A stretch of 64,000 nucleotides of DNA from Patescibacteria group bacterium (lineage in GTDB: Bacteria > Patescibacteriota > Minisyncoccia > Phycocordibacterales > PALSA-1337), in contig JBBTRA010000001.1 of NCBI GenBank assembly GCA_038065415.1, forward strand, positions 7,894 to 71,893, read 5' to 3'. Below the pieces are notes generated by a model, which searched no databases, was not told where the DNA came from, and was given only the letters and a program-made list of their open reading frames with translations. The translations under genes were made by a program, and so were the position numbers. Shown piece after piece: positions 9,929 through 19,485 of this stretch; position 1 is the first letter of the stretch, and the number at the start of each line of letters is the position of its first letter.

Positions 9929-10764
9929 TTATTTTAACGCCTCTCTCGCCTGCTTGATCTCCTCTTCTGTCCCTGGCGGCTTCCCGTGCCACTCGAACAT
10001 GCGCTCGAATGCAGGCACACCCTTGGAGGCAATCGTATTAGCAATAATCACTGACGGACGATCGAAGACTGCACGAGCCTCACCGAACGCACGATCGATA
10101 TCGCGGAAATTGTGCCCATCGATTTCCACCACATGCCAGTTGAAGGCGCGCCATTTGTCACCCAATGGATTGAGCGGCATGATGTCCTCGGTGAAGCCGT
10201 CGATCTGAATATTGTTGCGATCGACAATGACCGTGAGATTCTGGAGCTTCTCCTTGCCTGCCAACATGATACCCTCCCAGTTGTTTCCTTCATCGAGCTC
10301 GCCATCGCCGGTAACGCAATAGAACTGCTTGCCAGAAGTGCGACCATTGTCGATCCTATCTGCGATAGCCATACCAACAGTTTGTGAAATACCCGATCCG
10401 AGTGGGCCAGAAGAAGTTTCCAACATCGGTAGCCATTCACGGTGTGGATGTCCCTGAAGGCGCGTACCAAACTTGCGGAGCGTCTTCAACTCTTCGACAG
10501 GAAAATATCCTGCGTGCGCCATAGTGGCATATAGGACGGGACAGATGTGACCACTCGAGAGCACAAAGCGATCACGATATTCCCAAGAAGGATTCTTGGG
10601 ATCATGCTTGAGCGCATGGAAATAGAGATAGGTGAAGATGTCAGCCATGTCGAGAGGACCAGCTGTGTGGCCAGACTTTGCTTCAATGAGCATCTCGATG
10701 ATCGAACGACGAATCTCCTTCGCTTTGGTCTCGAGAAGTTTGACTTTTTCTTCGGTGAGGGGCA
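9929..10764 (-). CDS. tkt: Transketolase, N-terminal subunit (thiamine-diphosphate-binding)
   Basis: Contains GHTAGPLDMADIF, SSGHICPVLYA and GDGELDEGNNWEG (the ThDP-binding GDG motif). The likely start is MPLTEEK at 10764; the ORF-track start at 10900 is the alternative. Confidence 0.85.
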
Positions 10765-10965
10765 TTTGTCCCAGTATAGCATTTTCTATAGCCTGATTTG
10801 CAGCGTTCTGTGTACAAAAAAGCGACGCATTGTGGCGTCGCTGTGAACTATTTTCGATCATTGAGAACGATTCTTGGGATCCATCTTGCTGAACCACCAC
10901 GCTGCTCGTACAGGCCTAGTTGCTGGACGTCTCACAAAAGGCGGCCTTGGAGGAAACAACGAGAG

Positions 10966-11265
10966 CTACCCTTGACCTTGCACTGGCTTCATGGGATCAG
11001 GCTTCGGTGCACTCGGAGGAACCGCGACTGGTCCGTGTTTTTTGACATGTAGTCCCACTTCGATCGGATCAGGGTGCTGGCGATGAACCGCATCCTTACA
11101 TCCGCATCGTTGCCCTCCCATGAGAACGCACTGATCGTGCCGTCCTGCCACACAGGCTGGGCACTTAGTCGGAGAATCAACTGGCTTGGCGAGAGGCGAC
11201 AATGGCGGATCGCCACGTCTCTTGCTCCACTTCATTTTTTTCTTCATTCTAGACGCATTGTACAC
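10966..11265 (-). CDS. Small Cys-rich hypothetical protein inside the pentose-phosphate operon; it may be spurious
   Basis: 99-aa ORF (probably shorter, starting at MKKK...). It contains CPAC...C...CGCKD in a locally high-GC stretch. Confidence 0.3.
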   Translation of the reverse strand: MYNASRMKKKMKWSKRRGDPPLSPLAKPVDSPTKCPACVAGRHDQCVLMGGQRCGCKDAVHRQHPDPIEVGLHVKKHGPVAVPPSAPKPDPMKPVQGQG

Positions 11266-11304
11266 CTAAAATCATGTAGTGTCAATGCTCCTGTGCCTAC
11301 CTAC

Positions 11305-11979
11305 TTACCTTCCGATCGCCTTGAACTGTTGGAGTGCCTCAAGATAGTTATCTGCGCCAAATATCTTGGAGCCAACAACGAGACGGGTAGCGCCGGCATC
11401 GTAGAGCTGCTGCGCATTATCGAGCGAGACTCCCCCGTCTATTGAGATTGGGAGCTCAGGATATGCTGCGCGTGCTTCTTTGATACGATCGATCACTTTC
11501 GCATCAAATTCTTGTCCCTGAAATCCTACATGATCAATACCCATGAGTTGGATCGACTGGATCTTTTCCTTGAATGGCTCGAGAGCTGAGATAGGAGTCT
11601 CGATACCGAGCGCCAGAGCAACCTCGACGCGACCAGAGAGGTTGTCGACAGCTGCCATGAGGTCACCTTTTGCTTCGATGTGTATGATGATCCTATTTGC
11701 CCCCGCGCTCACCCACTCGTCTACGATCTGCTCCGGATGATTGACCATGAGGTCTATCTCAAAGTTGAGCTTCTCCCAGCCAGGAAGCCCTTCCTCTTCC
11801 TTGAGAATCTTGCCGAACGCATCGTCGTCCTTGCGGTAGGGCCAGGTAGGATTTGGCGTGAATTGTCCGTCGCAGACATCTATCTGCACCGTCTTCACAA
11901 AATCCTTGACGAGGGATATCTTCTCCTCGACTTCAGCGAAGTCCATGGGGAGTATAGCGGGGATGATCTCTGTTTTCAT
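11305..11979 (-). CDS. rpe: Ribulose-phosphate 3-epimerase
   Basis: Starts MKTEIIPAILPMDFAEVEEKI..VDVCDGQF and has an Rpe-like C-terminus. Confidence 0.85.
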   Translation of the reverse strand: MKTEIIPAILPMDFAEVEEKISLVKDFVKTVQIDVCDGQFTPNPTWPYRKDDDAFGKILKEEEGLPGWEKLNFEIDLMVNHPEQIVDEWVSAGANRIIIHIEAKGDLMAAVDNLSGRVEVALALGIETPISALEPFKEKIQSIQLMGIDHVGFQGQEFDAKVIDRIKEARAAYPELPISIDGGVSLDNAQQLYDAGATRLVVGSKIFGADNYLEALQQFKAIGR

Positions 11980-12085
11980 GCAGAAAATGTAGCATGAATC
12001 CGAGAAATTCACGAGAGTGGCTTAATCAGGAAAAATCTATCGTTTTTTCATTGAAGCCTCATCTAGGTTCAATATCCTGTGTACA

Positions 12086-12153
12086 GCCCCTAGCTTGGTA
12101 GCGAAATAGGAGTTGTCATTCCTGTTTTGGTGGTTCGATCCCGCCTAGGGGCT
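12086..12153 (+). other. Degenerate tRNA-like element. It has a canonical T-arm and a 7-bp acceptor helix but a truncated D region and an 8-nt anticodon-type loop.
   Basis: T-arm: GGTGG-TTCGATC-CCGCC (12129-12145). Acceptor strands: GCCCCTA (12086-12092) and TAGGGGC (12146-12152). Only 36 nt separate the acceptor and T-arm, against about 41 in a real tRNA. AGGA-GTTGTCAT-TCCT forms an 8-nt loop. Confidence 0.4.
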
Positions 12154-12168
12154 TTAGTGGCCAAGTTC

Positions 12169-12199
12169 TTGACTCTCCCCTAGTTCACAATGTTACAAT
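12169..12199 (+). promoter_or_regulatory. Candidate promoter: TTGACT, then 19 bp including an extended-minus-10 TG, then TACAAT
   Basis: TTGACT at 12169-12174 and TGtTACAAT at 12191-12199. Confidence 0.45.
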
Positions 12200-12205
12200 T
12201 GAAAA

Positions 12206-12318
12206 TGATGGGAATGACACGACATACCAATGTCGCCATCTGGAGCCCCTAGAAGGAATCCGGAAGGATTCCAGCCAGATAACTGACAAGCAAAACGCCC
12301 CTTCGGGGGCATTTTGTT
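12206..12318 (+). ncRNA. Candidate structured sRNA of about 110 nt, antisense-adjacent to the rpiB 3' end
   Basis: Three hairpins: CGACAT-ACCA-ATGTCG (12223-12238), GGAATCC-GGAA-GGATTCC (12259-12276), and a terminator GCCCC-TTCG-GGGGC followed by ATTTTGTTTT (12297-12320). The longest ORF is only 16 aa. Confidence 0.4.
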
Positions 12319-12320
12319 TT
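12297..12320. terminator. Bidirectional intrinsic terminator serving rpiB on the minus strand and the candidate sRNA on the plus strand
   Basis: GCCCC-TTCG-GGGGC hairpin with T-tracts on both strands. Confidence 0.6.
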
Positions 12321-12780
12321 ATTCAATAGCATCTATCTGCCCTATCCTCCTCACATTTCTTTCATCTCCACCGAACGAAGTTGCCAACCACAGCTCAACA
12401 GCTTTCTTCGCCTCTTCTTCACTGACGAACCGCGCCCCGATCGAAAGAATATTTGCATCATTGTGATCACGAGAGAGCTTGATGATCTCATCACTCCCGC
12501 CGTACCAGACGACAGCACGTACTCCTGGGAAGCGGTTGGCGACGATAGCCTCTCCTTGTCCTGATCCACCGAAAATAATCGCCTTGGTCTCGCCCTTCAA
12601 GTCTTCAGCCACCTTAAGTGCAGCTGCAGCCATGTAGGTCGGATAGTCATCACCATCTACGAGTTCATGCGCACCCACATCGAGTATTGTGTCACCCTTT
12701 TCTTGCAGGAATTTCTTCACGGCTTCTTTGAGAGCGAAGCCAGCGTGATCTGAGGCGAGGATGATGTGGGGATTTTTCAT
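12319..12780 (-). CDS. rpiB: Ribose-5-phosphate isomerase B
   Basis: 153 aa. Starts MKNPHIILASDHAGFALKEAVKKFL and contains GGSGQGEAIVANRFPGVRA. RpiB/LacAB family. Confidence 0.85.
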   Translation of the reverse strand: MKNPHIILASDHAGFALKEAVKKFLQEKGDTILDVGAHELVDGDDYPTYMAAAALKVAEDLKGETKAIIFGGSGQGEAIVANRFPGVRAVVWYGGSDEIIKLSRDHNDANILSIGARFVSEEEAKKAVELWLATSFGGDERNVRRIGQIDAIE

Positions 12781-12826
12781 GACAGTATAGTATCACACAA
12801 TGCCCAAGGAGTTCATTCCCTCATGC

Positions 12827-13618
12827 CTAGAGGAACAGTGCAACGAAAACGATAACGAGCAGGATACGATACACCCCAAACCCGACGAACGACCTCCCTT
12901 TTACATATGAAAGCAAGAATTTGATACCTATGAGCGCCGTAGCGAATGCAGCCAAGAATCCAATGATGAGTGAAATTGATTGATCAGCAGTGAAGGCGCT
13001 CGCATTCTTGGCGAGGTCGAGTACTGTAGCAGCTCCGATAGTGGGCACGGCCAACAAGAATGAAAATTCGACTACTGCGGCACGACTCATTCCCGCGAGG
13101 AGACCCCCGACGATCGTTGCCGCTGAACGGGAAACACCAGGAATCACTGCGACTGCTTGCGCTACACCGATAAGAGCGGCTTTTGTGTAGCTCACTGCCC
13201 TAATCTCCTCCGCAACTGACACCTCCTCTGATGACACAACTACTTTGCCCCTCCGGAAAATGAATTCAAAGAAGATAAGCGCTAGACCACCGAGACCGAG
13301 CGCCCACAGGACCACTGATATATTGCCGATGAGGTAGTCCTTGATGACGCCGTGCAGAGCGAAGCCGATGATGGCTGTCGGGATGAATGCTGCAATGATC
13401 TTCTTGAGGATAGCGATATCCAGGAATCTCTTCCAATATATCGCAAGCACCGCGAGGATGGCTCCGCTCTGGATGGCGATCTCGAACGTCTTTACAAAGG
13501 CCGTCTGACTAAGGCCGAGGATGTGCGATGTCAGGATCAGATGCGCAGTCGACGATATTGGGAGGAATTCAGTGAAGCCTTCTACGAGACCGAGGATGAG
13601 TGCAGAGAGAGGTGTCAT
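12827..13618 (-). CDS. uppP: Undecaprenyl-diphosphatase (UppP/BacA)
   Basis: 263-aa membrane protein starting MTPLSALILGLVEGFTEFLPISSTAHL. Confidence 0.9.
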   Translation of the reverse strand: MTPLSALILGLVEGFTEFLPISSTAHLILTSHILGLSQTAFVKTFEIAIQSGAILAVLAIYWKRFLDIAILKKIIAAFIPTAIIGFALHGVIKDYLIGNISVVLWALGLGGLALIFFEFIFRRGKVVVSSEEVSVAEEIRAVSYTKAALIGVAQAVAVIPGVSRSAATIVGGLLAGMSRAAVVEFSFLLAVPTIGAATVLDLAKNASAFTADQSISLIIGFLAAFATALIGIKFLLSYVKGRSFVGFGVYRILLVIVFVALFL

Positions 13619-13860
13619 GAGCTATTACACCAATCTTCCTGCCTTGATCACATGATCGACCAATGTATGGGTATACATAACTTCATTATTGTACCAAGAT
13701 AACCGCATATTCAATTATTAACGGCAGTAGTAATATTGCACCGATAATTCGTCCGTTCTTCTTTTCTTTTGGCCAATGTGCATTCTTTTTTGTAAATTGC
13801 ATTTGTCCTTGCCAGAGTAGGAAGACACCAAGGATAAATAATATTATTGTCATATTTTTA

Positions 13861-14892
13861 TTATATTAATTTACCAGCTTCAATAACATGTCTCACTAAC
13901 GTATGCGTATACCCCATCTCATTGTCATACCACGCCATCACCTTCACCAGGTTTCCATCAACAACGCGCGTCATCTCTAGATCAGCGATAGATGCATGTC
14001 TGTTGCCAATGATGTCATGCGATACGAGAGGCTCCTCAGTCACCGTGAAGATACCATTCCAGCGAGGCTCGGCGGCAGCCTTCTTGAGGATCTTGTTGAC
14101 CTCTTCAGCAGTCGTATTCTTTTTTGAAATGAATGTCACATCAACAATAGAACCCGTAACAACCGGAACACGGATCGAGATACCATCGAACTTGCCTGCG
14201 AGCTGGGTCGCGACTTTGGTGACAGCAATAGCGGCACCAGTTGATGAGGGAACGATGTTCATGGCAGCTGCGCGGCCTTCGCGAAGATCCTTCTTTGACG
14301 GACCATCGACCAGAGCTTGGGATGCAGTGTAGCCATGTACAGTATTCAAAAGCGCCTTTTCGATCCCTAGGGTTTCATCCAAGATTGCGATCAACGGAGA
14401 TCCTGCATTGGTCGTACATGAAGCATTGGAGGAGACATTAGCACCTTCGAGCTTGTCTTCATTCATGCCCATAAGCACAGTCACACCCTGGAATGCCGAA
14501 CCAGCCTCATCCTTGATCGGGGCTGAAACGACAACTCTCTTGGCACCCGCATTGATGTGAGCCTGAGCTTTCTCGGCAGAGGTGAAGAGACCTGTGGACT
14601 CAACAACGATATCGATACCCATGGCCTTCCAGGGGAGCTTGGTTGGATCCTTCTCTGAAATGAACTGCACATCCTGACCATCGATGGTGAGTATGCCCTT
14701 CTCTTCATTTGCAGAGACATCGAACTCACTCACACCGTACGCAGTATCGTACTTGAGGAGATATGCAAAATTCTTGATGCTGCCGAGGTCATTGATGGCG
14801 ACGAGCTCGATCTCTGGACGGTTTTTTGAAACTTTGGCGAATGCTCTACCGATGCGGCCGAAACCATTGATGGCGACGCGGATTTTTTTCAT
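13861..14892 (-). CDS. gap: Glyceraldehyde-3-phosphate dehydrogenase
   Basis: Starts MKKIRVAINGFGRIGR and has the SNASCTTN catalytic-Cys motif. Confidence 0.95.
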   Translation of the reverse strand: MKKIRVAINGFGRIGRAFAKVSKNRPEIELVAINDLGSIKNFAYLLKYDTAYGVSEFDVSANEEKGILTIDGQDVQFISEKDPTKLPWKAMGIDIVVESTGLFTSAEKAQAHINAGAKRVVVSAPIKDEAGSAFQGVTVLMGMNEDKLEGANVSSNASCTTNAGSPLIAILDETLGIEKALLNTVHGYTASQALVDGPSKKDLREGRAAAMNIVPSSTGAAIAVTKVATQLAGKFDGISIRVPVVTGSIVDVTFISKKNTTAEEVNKILKKAAAEPRWNGIFTVTEEPLVSHDIIGNRHASIADLEMTRVVDGNLVKVMAWYDNEMGYTHTLVRHVIEAGKLI

Positions 14893-14977
14893 GGGAATCG
14901 ATGTAAGATTAGTATGCAGTAAAGTATATCATGCAAATATCAGTTATTCACACCATCGCTTCTAAAGCTTATGTTCT

Positions 14978-15508
14978 ATGCTAGACTTGGTGCCAGATTG
15001 GGTGCGCAGCGCCCCAACAATCAGTCAAAACAAAAAACGTATGAAAGAATGCATTCCGCATGTCTCGGAAAAGGTTATCATGACGATATCCTCTGCCCTG
15101 AAATCTCTCATGGGCAAGCGACCTCGATTCGGGCTTCCGGCGCCAGTGAAGCGCTATGAAATCGCCCATGACGGAACGTGCTGGCACGGCAAAAGGATCC
15201 ATTTCTGGATAATTGTATGCGGCAACAAAATCGGATTGCGCATCTTCGAACATCCTTCCCGACCAAAAAGGAAGGCTCTCCAGAATCTACTTGCTGTGAA
15301 CGAACCTCCAACCTTGTGCGTCTACGAGTATATGACGCCAGAAAAGATCGTTCACAAGCTGGCGCAGTGCATCAAAACCGGCCTGAACCGGATGCGTCAC
15401 GGACTCATCGGCATTCTGAAACCGCAACGGGATAAAGGCCTTATCCGCCGCTGCGACACAGGAAGTGTGTACGCTCACCCGTTCACCCCGAGTCTTCGGC
15501 AATGTTAA
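14978..15508 (+). CDS. Hypothetical protein
   Basis: 176-aa ORF with no recognised motifs. An internal start at MKECIPH is possible. Confidence 0.35.
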   Translation: MLDLVPDWVRSAPTISQNKKRMKECIPHVSEKVIMTISSALKSLMGKRPRFGLPAPVKRYEIAHDGTCWHGKRIHFWIIVCGNKIGLRIFEHPSRPKRKALQNLLAVNEPPTLCVYEYMTPEKIVHKLAQCIKTGLNRMRHGLIGILKPQRDKGLIRRCDTGSVYAHPFTPSLRQC

Positions 15509-15565
15509 GAAGCCGAGCACTATTTTTCTCAGCACGACCCCTCGGTCGTGCTTTTTTATCTGAGC

Positions 15566-16366
15566 TTACTCGAAGGGCTGAAGCGGTTCCCCCGTAGGAA
15601 GCGGTTTAGTTTTCAATACCCCACGCTCTATGAATTGCTGAAGATGCACACCGGGAAGATTCAGGAATTCACACGGAACATCATCATGAAGAGTAAGAGT
15701 CGTATCACCGGAGCTGATCCACTGGAGAACACCTTTCTTAATCCAGGGAAGCAGGTCAAAATCCCAAATATCATTAGCGGCGAACCAGCCTTCGTATTCA
15801 CCCTTCTCATCCAATACCTGGTACGCTTCCCTACCCCATGGCTGATGAAGAAGGGACCCATGCACTGGACTCTCACTGAAATATGCAATCAGGTAGCATG
15901 TATACCCTGGAAACAACTGAGTTTTTGAAATAACTGCTTTCATGGATGGTATTTTTTCCAACATTCGCGGCACAACGAATGGGGCTCCTGGACCTGGTAC
16001 GACCATATCATTTGAACTGGCCTCAACTGGCTGTTTGGACCCAAAATCGATAGCACCGAGAAGCACACGGAAATGCGTACAACCATGTGGCTTCGGATAT
16101 TCAGCAAGAGGTCCCTTTTCCCACCATGGACCATTCAGCCCCTGATCATCAAAGGGATACTCGAGCACCGTCTGACAGATCGGGCAACGACTTATACTGA
16201 TCAGTGGGATATTCTGTCCATATTCATCAAGTATCGCATCTCGCTCTTTCGACATAGCCCTGAGCTGAGTCATGTCAAAAGCGTTCTTGTGAGGCTGGGA
16301 AAGATTGCGATCAAGCTCATGATACTTGGTCAAAAGCTCTTTTCGTTCTGTGGGCGAAAGGGGCAT
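15566..16366 (-). CDS. Hypothetical protein
   Basis: 266-aa ORF. It has a CPICQ motif and aromatic-rich segments. No family recognised. Confidence 0.45.
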   Translation of the reverse strand: MPLSPTERKELLTKYHELDRNLSQPHKNAFDMTQLRAMSKERDAILDEYGQNIPLISISRCPICQTVLEYPFDDQGLNGPWWEKGPLAEYPKPHGCTHFRVLLGAIDFGSKQPVEASSNDMVVPGPGAPFVVPRMLEKIPSMKAVISKTQLFPGYTCYLIAYFSESPVHGSLLHQPWGREAYQVLDEKGEYEGWFAANDIWDFDLLPWIKKGVLQWISSGDTTLTLHDDVPCEFLNLPGVHLQQFIERGVLKTKPLPTGEPLQPFE

Positions 16367-16432
16367 ATTATCTGAAAAAATAAATTAAGAACCCGAGCAC
16401 CACCACCCAACCGATCCATTTGAGAATATCTT

Positions 16433-16750
16433 TCATGAAGATGTTGTTGGTCGTCCAAGACCTAGCTTCCTGAAGTAGAGGTACACGGCCATAGCAAGGC
16501 TCAAAAGCACAAACAAAACAAATTCACCAAGCGTCACCCCTCCCATGAGAAGCAAAATTATTCCGACAATGAGTAAGACTGCACCTATTGATACATACAC
16601 CTTCTTTAAGCCAGGACCAGGGACTCCGAAAACTCCACCATGTATCTCAAGGCTCCGATTGTGCGCAAACCAGAGCATATATACGCCTGCGGCTCCGAAA
16701 AGCCAAGGAACTTTGAGTAGTACCGCCACCAGACTCGATAATGATTCCAT
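16433..16750 (-). CDS. Small membrane protein
   Basis: 105 aa with three predicted hydrophobic helices. It lies directly downstream of pyrD. Confidence 0.5.
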   Translation of the reverse strand: MESLSSLVAVLLKVPWLFGAAGVYMLWFAHNRSLEIHGGVFGVPGPGLKKVYVSIGAVLLIVGIILLLMGGVTLGEFVLFVLLSLAMAVYLYFRKLGLGRPTTSS

Positions 16751-16771
16751 AGTGTTGAATTATATAGGCAA

Positions 16772-17842
16772 TTAAGTACGGGATAATTGTATCATTTTGC
16801 AAAGTTTCTTTACCAACCCGGGACCCTCATATACAAGCCCCGTAATGAGCTGGACCAGATCGGCGCCTGCATCGAACTTTTCCTGCGCAGTAGTAACAGA
16901 CATAACACCGCCCACGCCGATGATAGTGAATCTTTTCCCATACACTTCATGCGTCTTGTAGATCAGATCCGTAGAAGGGTGAGAGCACGGTCTACCCGAA
17001 AGACCCCCTTTGTACACCTCGGGCGCTTCGCCACGCACATCGAGAGTATCATAGTCTTTATTCAAATTACCGATCACCACACCCTGAAAACCTGATCGGT
17101 CTATAATTTTCAGCAATGCATCGAACTTGTCCCACGGCAGATTGATGGGCATCTTCACATAGACCGGCTTTGAACATGGTATAGATGTCAATCGAGACAA
17201 GAGGCGTTCCAATAACTCTGGCGTAGCGAATGTCTCTCCACCAAATGAGTTTGGACACGATATATTGATCGTATAGTAGTCGCCGATGTTTTCTTCATTG
17301 AGTCTTCTGAACGAATAGGCGTAATCCTCGATACCAGCCTCGATGGGCACCGACTGTTCGTCGTTGGTACGCGCGATCGAAATTCCGACAACGAACCTGG
17401 GACCACTCGCACCGGCACGTGCTCCAAGTACAGCAGCTTTCTTCAGACGTTCAATAATCTTGTCGACCCCATCATTACGGAGCCCTTTGTTAACCAAGAT
17501 GCTGCCAGATTTCGGCAATCTGGTTAGACGAGGTTTGGGGTTGCCTTCACAAGGTCGCGCCGTGACCGAACCGGCCTCTTCTCCGCCGAGACCTATAGAA
17601 CTGAGAATACCTGTCAGTTCGGCGTTGTAGTCAAAACCAGCCGAAAGCAAGAAAGGCGTGCGGTATGTGATACCGTCAACGGTCTTGGATATATCTGGAC
17701 CATGGTATCCATACACACCATCAACGAGTTTTCTGAGAATCGCATGCCTGCCAGAAAATTGACCAATCGATGTGAAGAGGTTATGGACAGATTCCGGGTC
17801 AAAACGAAAGAGGATAGGTTTAAGCAGATGCTTGTACAACAT
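16772..17842 (-). CDS. pyrD: Dihydroorotate dehydrogenase (quinone), class 2
   Basis: 356 aa. It has an N-terminal membrane-association segment, then LSAGFDYNAEL..., NKGLRNDG and GVGGV. These are typical of PyrD type 2. Confidence 0.85.
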   Translation of the reverse strand: MLYKHLLKPILFRFDPESVHNLFTSIGQFSGRHAILRKLVDGVYGYHGPDISKTVDGITYRTPFLLSAGFDYNAELTGILSSIGLGGEEAGSVTARPCEGNPKPRLTRLPKSGSILVNKGLRNDGVDKIIERLKKAAVLGARAGASGPRFVVGISIARTNDEQSVPIEAGIEDYAYSFRRLNEENIGDYYTINISCPNSFGGETFATPELLERLLSRLTSIPCSKPVYVKMPINLPWDKFDALLKIIDRSGFQGVVIGNLNKDYDTLDVRGEAPEVYKGGLSGRPCSHPSTDLIYKTHEVYGKRFTIIGVGGVMSVTTAQEKFDAGADLVQLITGLVYEGPGLVKKLCKMIQLSRT

Positions 17843-17944
17843 GGGAATACTATAGCCGAAAACTGCCTAATTCCAAAAATTGTTAATCCGCGATTTATGT
17901 GTTATAAACATAGGAACATACTATAACATCATCCAATTCTCATC

Positions 17945-19480
17945 ATGCTCAAAAAACTCCTCGCCAAATTGAAAAAACACCCTCTCGCATACGGAGGTGT
18001 AATCCTCGTACTCATAGTCATCATTGCCATCTCTATCTTCGGAGGAGGTGATGAATCTGAGCAGACCATGATTGCGACTCGTGGCGAATTTTTGAGCGAA
18101 GTATCTGCTTCAGGGAAAGTGATTGCCGCTCAAAGCTCCAATCTCGGTTTTGACCAGAGCGGCAGGGTTGCAGGAGTGTATGCACAAGTAGGAGACACTG
18201 TTCTGCGTGGCTCGACTCTCGCGAGCATCGAAAACGGCACCATCCGAGCCGACATAACTCAAAAACAGGCAAATCTAGAAAAAGAACGAGCAAATCTGGT
18301 TTCGTTGAAGCGTGGCACACGCCCTGAGCAGTTGGCACTCACTCAACAGAAATACTCAGACGCTTCCTCAGCACTCAGTATCAGCATGAAAGATGCATAC
18401 TTGAAGACGGAAAATGCAATCCTCAGCCAGGCCGACACGATATTTGAGCATGGCAACGGCGCAAATCCCCGCATCACTATTGCTACCCAGAATGATACTG
18501 AGGAAAAAAGCATACAAAGCGAGCGCATCATCGTTGGTGAGAAGCTCTCTGCTTGGAATGAACAGCTGAAGCTCCTACCGGCATCCCCGACGGCATCGGC
18601 CATCAATACTGTTCGTGCAGCAGGAACAGACGCAATGTCCTATACTCGGAGTTTCCTAGATCGTTTGGGGGGTATTGCAAGCAGACTCTCAGTTGCAGGT
18701 TCTGGCATGACTCAGAGTGAAATAGATTTGATCCGAACAACCATCAATGCAGCTGGTCAGGCAGCAAGTACAGCAGTTTCCGCAGAACAAGCTTCGTATG
18801 CAAGCTGGACAGTTGCTTCCAACAATCTCAGCCTAGAAAAGTCAGGTTCTACACCTGAGGATATTGCTGCTCAAGAGGCTCAAGTAAAAGCCGCGGAAGC
18901 TGACCTCATCAGTGCAGAGGCTCAACTCAGGAAAACGCTTGTCATAGCTCCATTTGATGGCATAGTCACCAAGATGGATGTTAAGATCGGTGAAATATCA
19001 TCTCCGAGCGTATCAAGCATCGCTATGATCGGTAGTGGTCTCTACGAGATCGAGAGCTATATCCCGGAGGTCAATATCGCACGCCTCTCCGTCAACAACC
19101 CAGCAACGATCACTCTCGATGCATATGGATCGGATATTGAGTTCCCTGCTACCGTGATAGCTATCGACCCAGCAGAAACCATCCGCGACGGAGTATCAAC
19201 CTACAAAACCCGATTACAATTTGCAGAAAATGATCCTCGCATCAAACCTGGTATGACCGCAAACATCCGTATCACTACGGAGAAGAAAGCTGGCGCCATC
19301 GTCATTCCTAGAAGCATCATTGCTGAGAAAAATGGCCAGAAGACTGTCCGTATCAAGGTGGGTGATGAGATTCGCGAAGTATCCGTACAGACAGGTAGCA
19401 TGACCCCACTCGGTCAGATAGAGATCACATCAGGAATCTCCGAGGGCGATATCATCGTACTTCCTGCGCTGATCCCATAA
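17945..19480 (+). CDS. HlyD/MacA-family periplasmic adaptor (membrane fusion protein)
   Basis: N-terminal TM segment, a long coiled-coil and a C-terminal beta-barrel region. It is followed by permease and ATPase genes. Confidence 0.75.
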   Translation: MLKKLLAKLKKHPLAYGGVILVLIVIIAISIFGGGDESEQTMIATRGEFLSEVSASGKVIAAQSSNLGFDQSGRVAGVYAQVGDTVLRGSTLASIENGTIRADITQKQANLEKERANLVSLKRGTRPEQLALTQQKYSDASSALSISMKDAYLKTENAILSQADTIFEHGNGANPRITIATQNDTEEKSIQSERIIVGEKLSAWNEQLKLLPASPTASAINTVRAAGTDAMSYTRSFLDRLGGIASRLSVAGSGMTQSEIDLIRTTINAAGQAASTAVSAEQASYASWTVASNNLSLEKSGSTPEDIAAQEAQVKAAEADLISAEAQLRKTLVIAPFDGIVTKMDVKIGEISSPSVSSIAMIGSGLYEIESYIPEVNIARLSVNNPATITLDAYGSDIEFPATVIAIDPAETIRDGVSTYKTRLQFAENDPRIKPGMTANIRITTEKKAGAIVIPRSIIAEKNGQKTVRIKVGDEIREVSVQTGSMTPLGQIEITSGISEGDIIVLPALIP

Positions 19481-19485
19481 AACAC

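Noticed and set aside
10765-10900. Long N-terminal extension of the transketolase N-subunit ORF (start at 10900)
   Set aside because: The extra 45 aa (MVVQQDGSQESFSMIENSSQRRHNASLFCTQNAANQ...) are low-complexity and not transketolase-like. The internal start MPLTEEK at 10764 is preferred, though not proven.
12086-12320. Possibility that the tRNA-like element plus the downstream GCCCCTA copy is a circularly permuted two-piece tmRNA
   Set aside because: There is no encoded CCA and no tag-peptide reading frame ending in a typical ...AA stop. The downstream region is occupied by the rpiB terminator and CDS. No pseudoknot-rich region is present.
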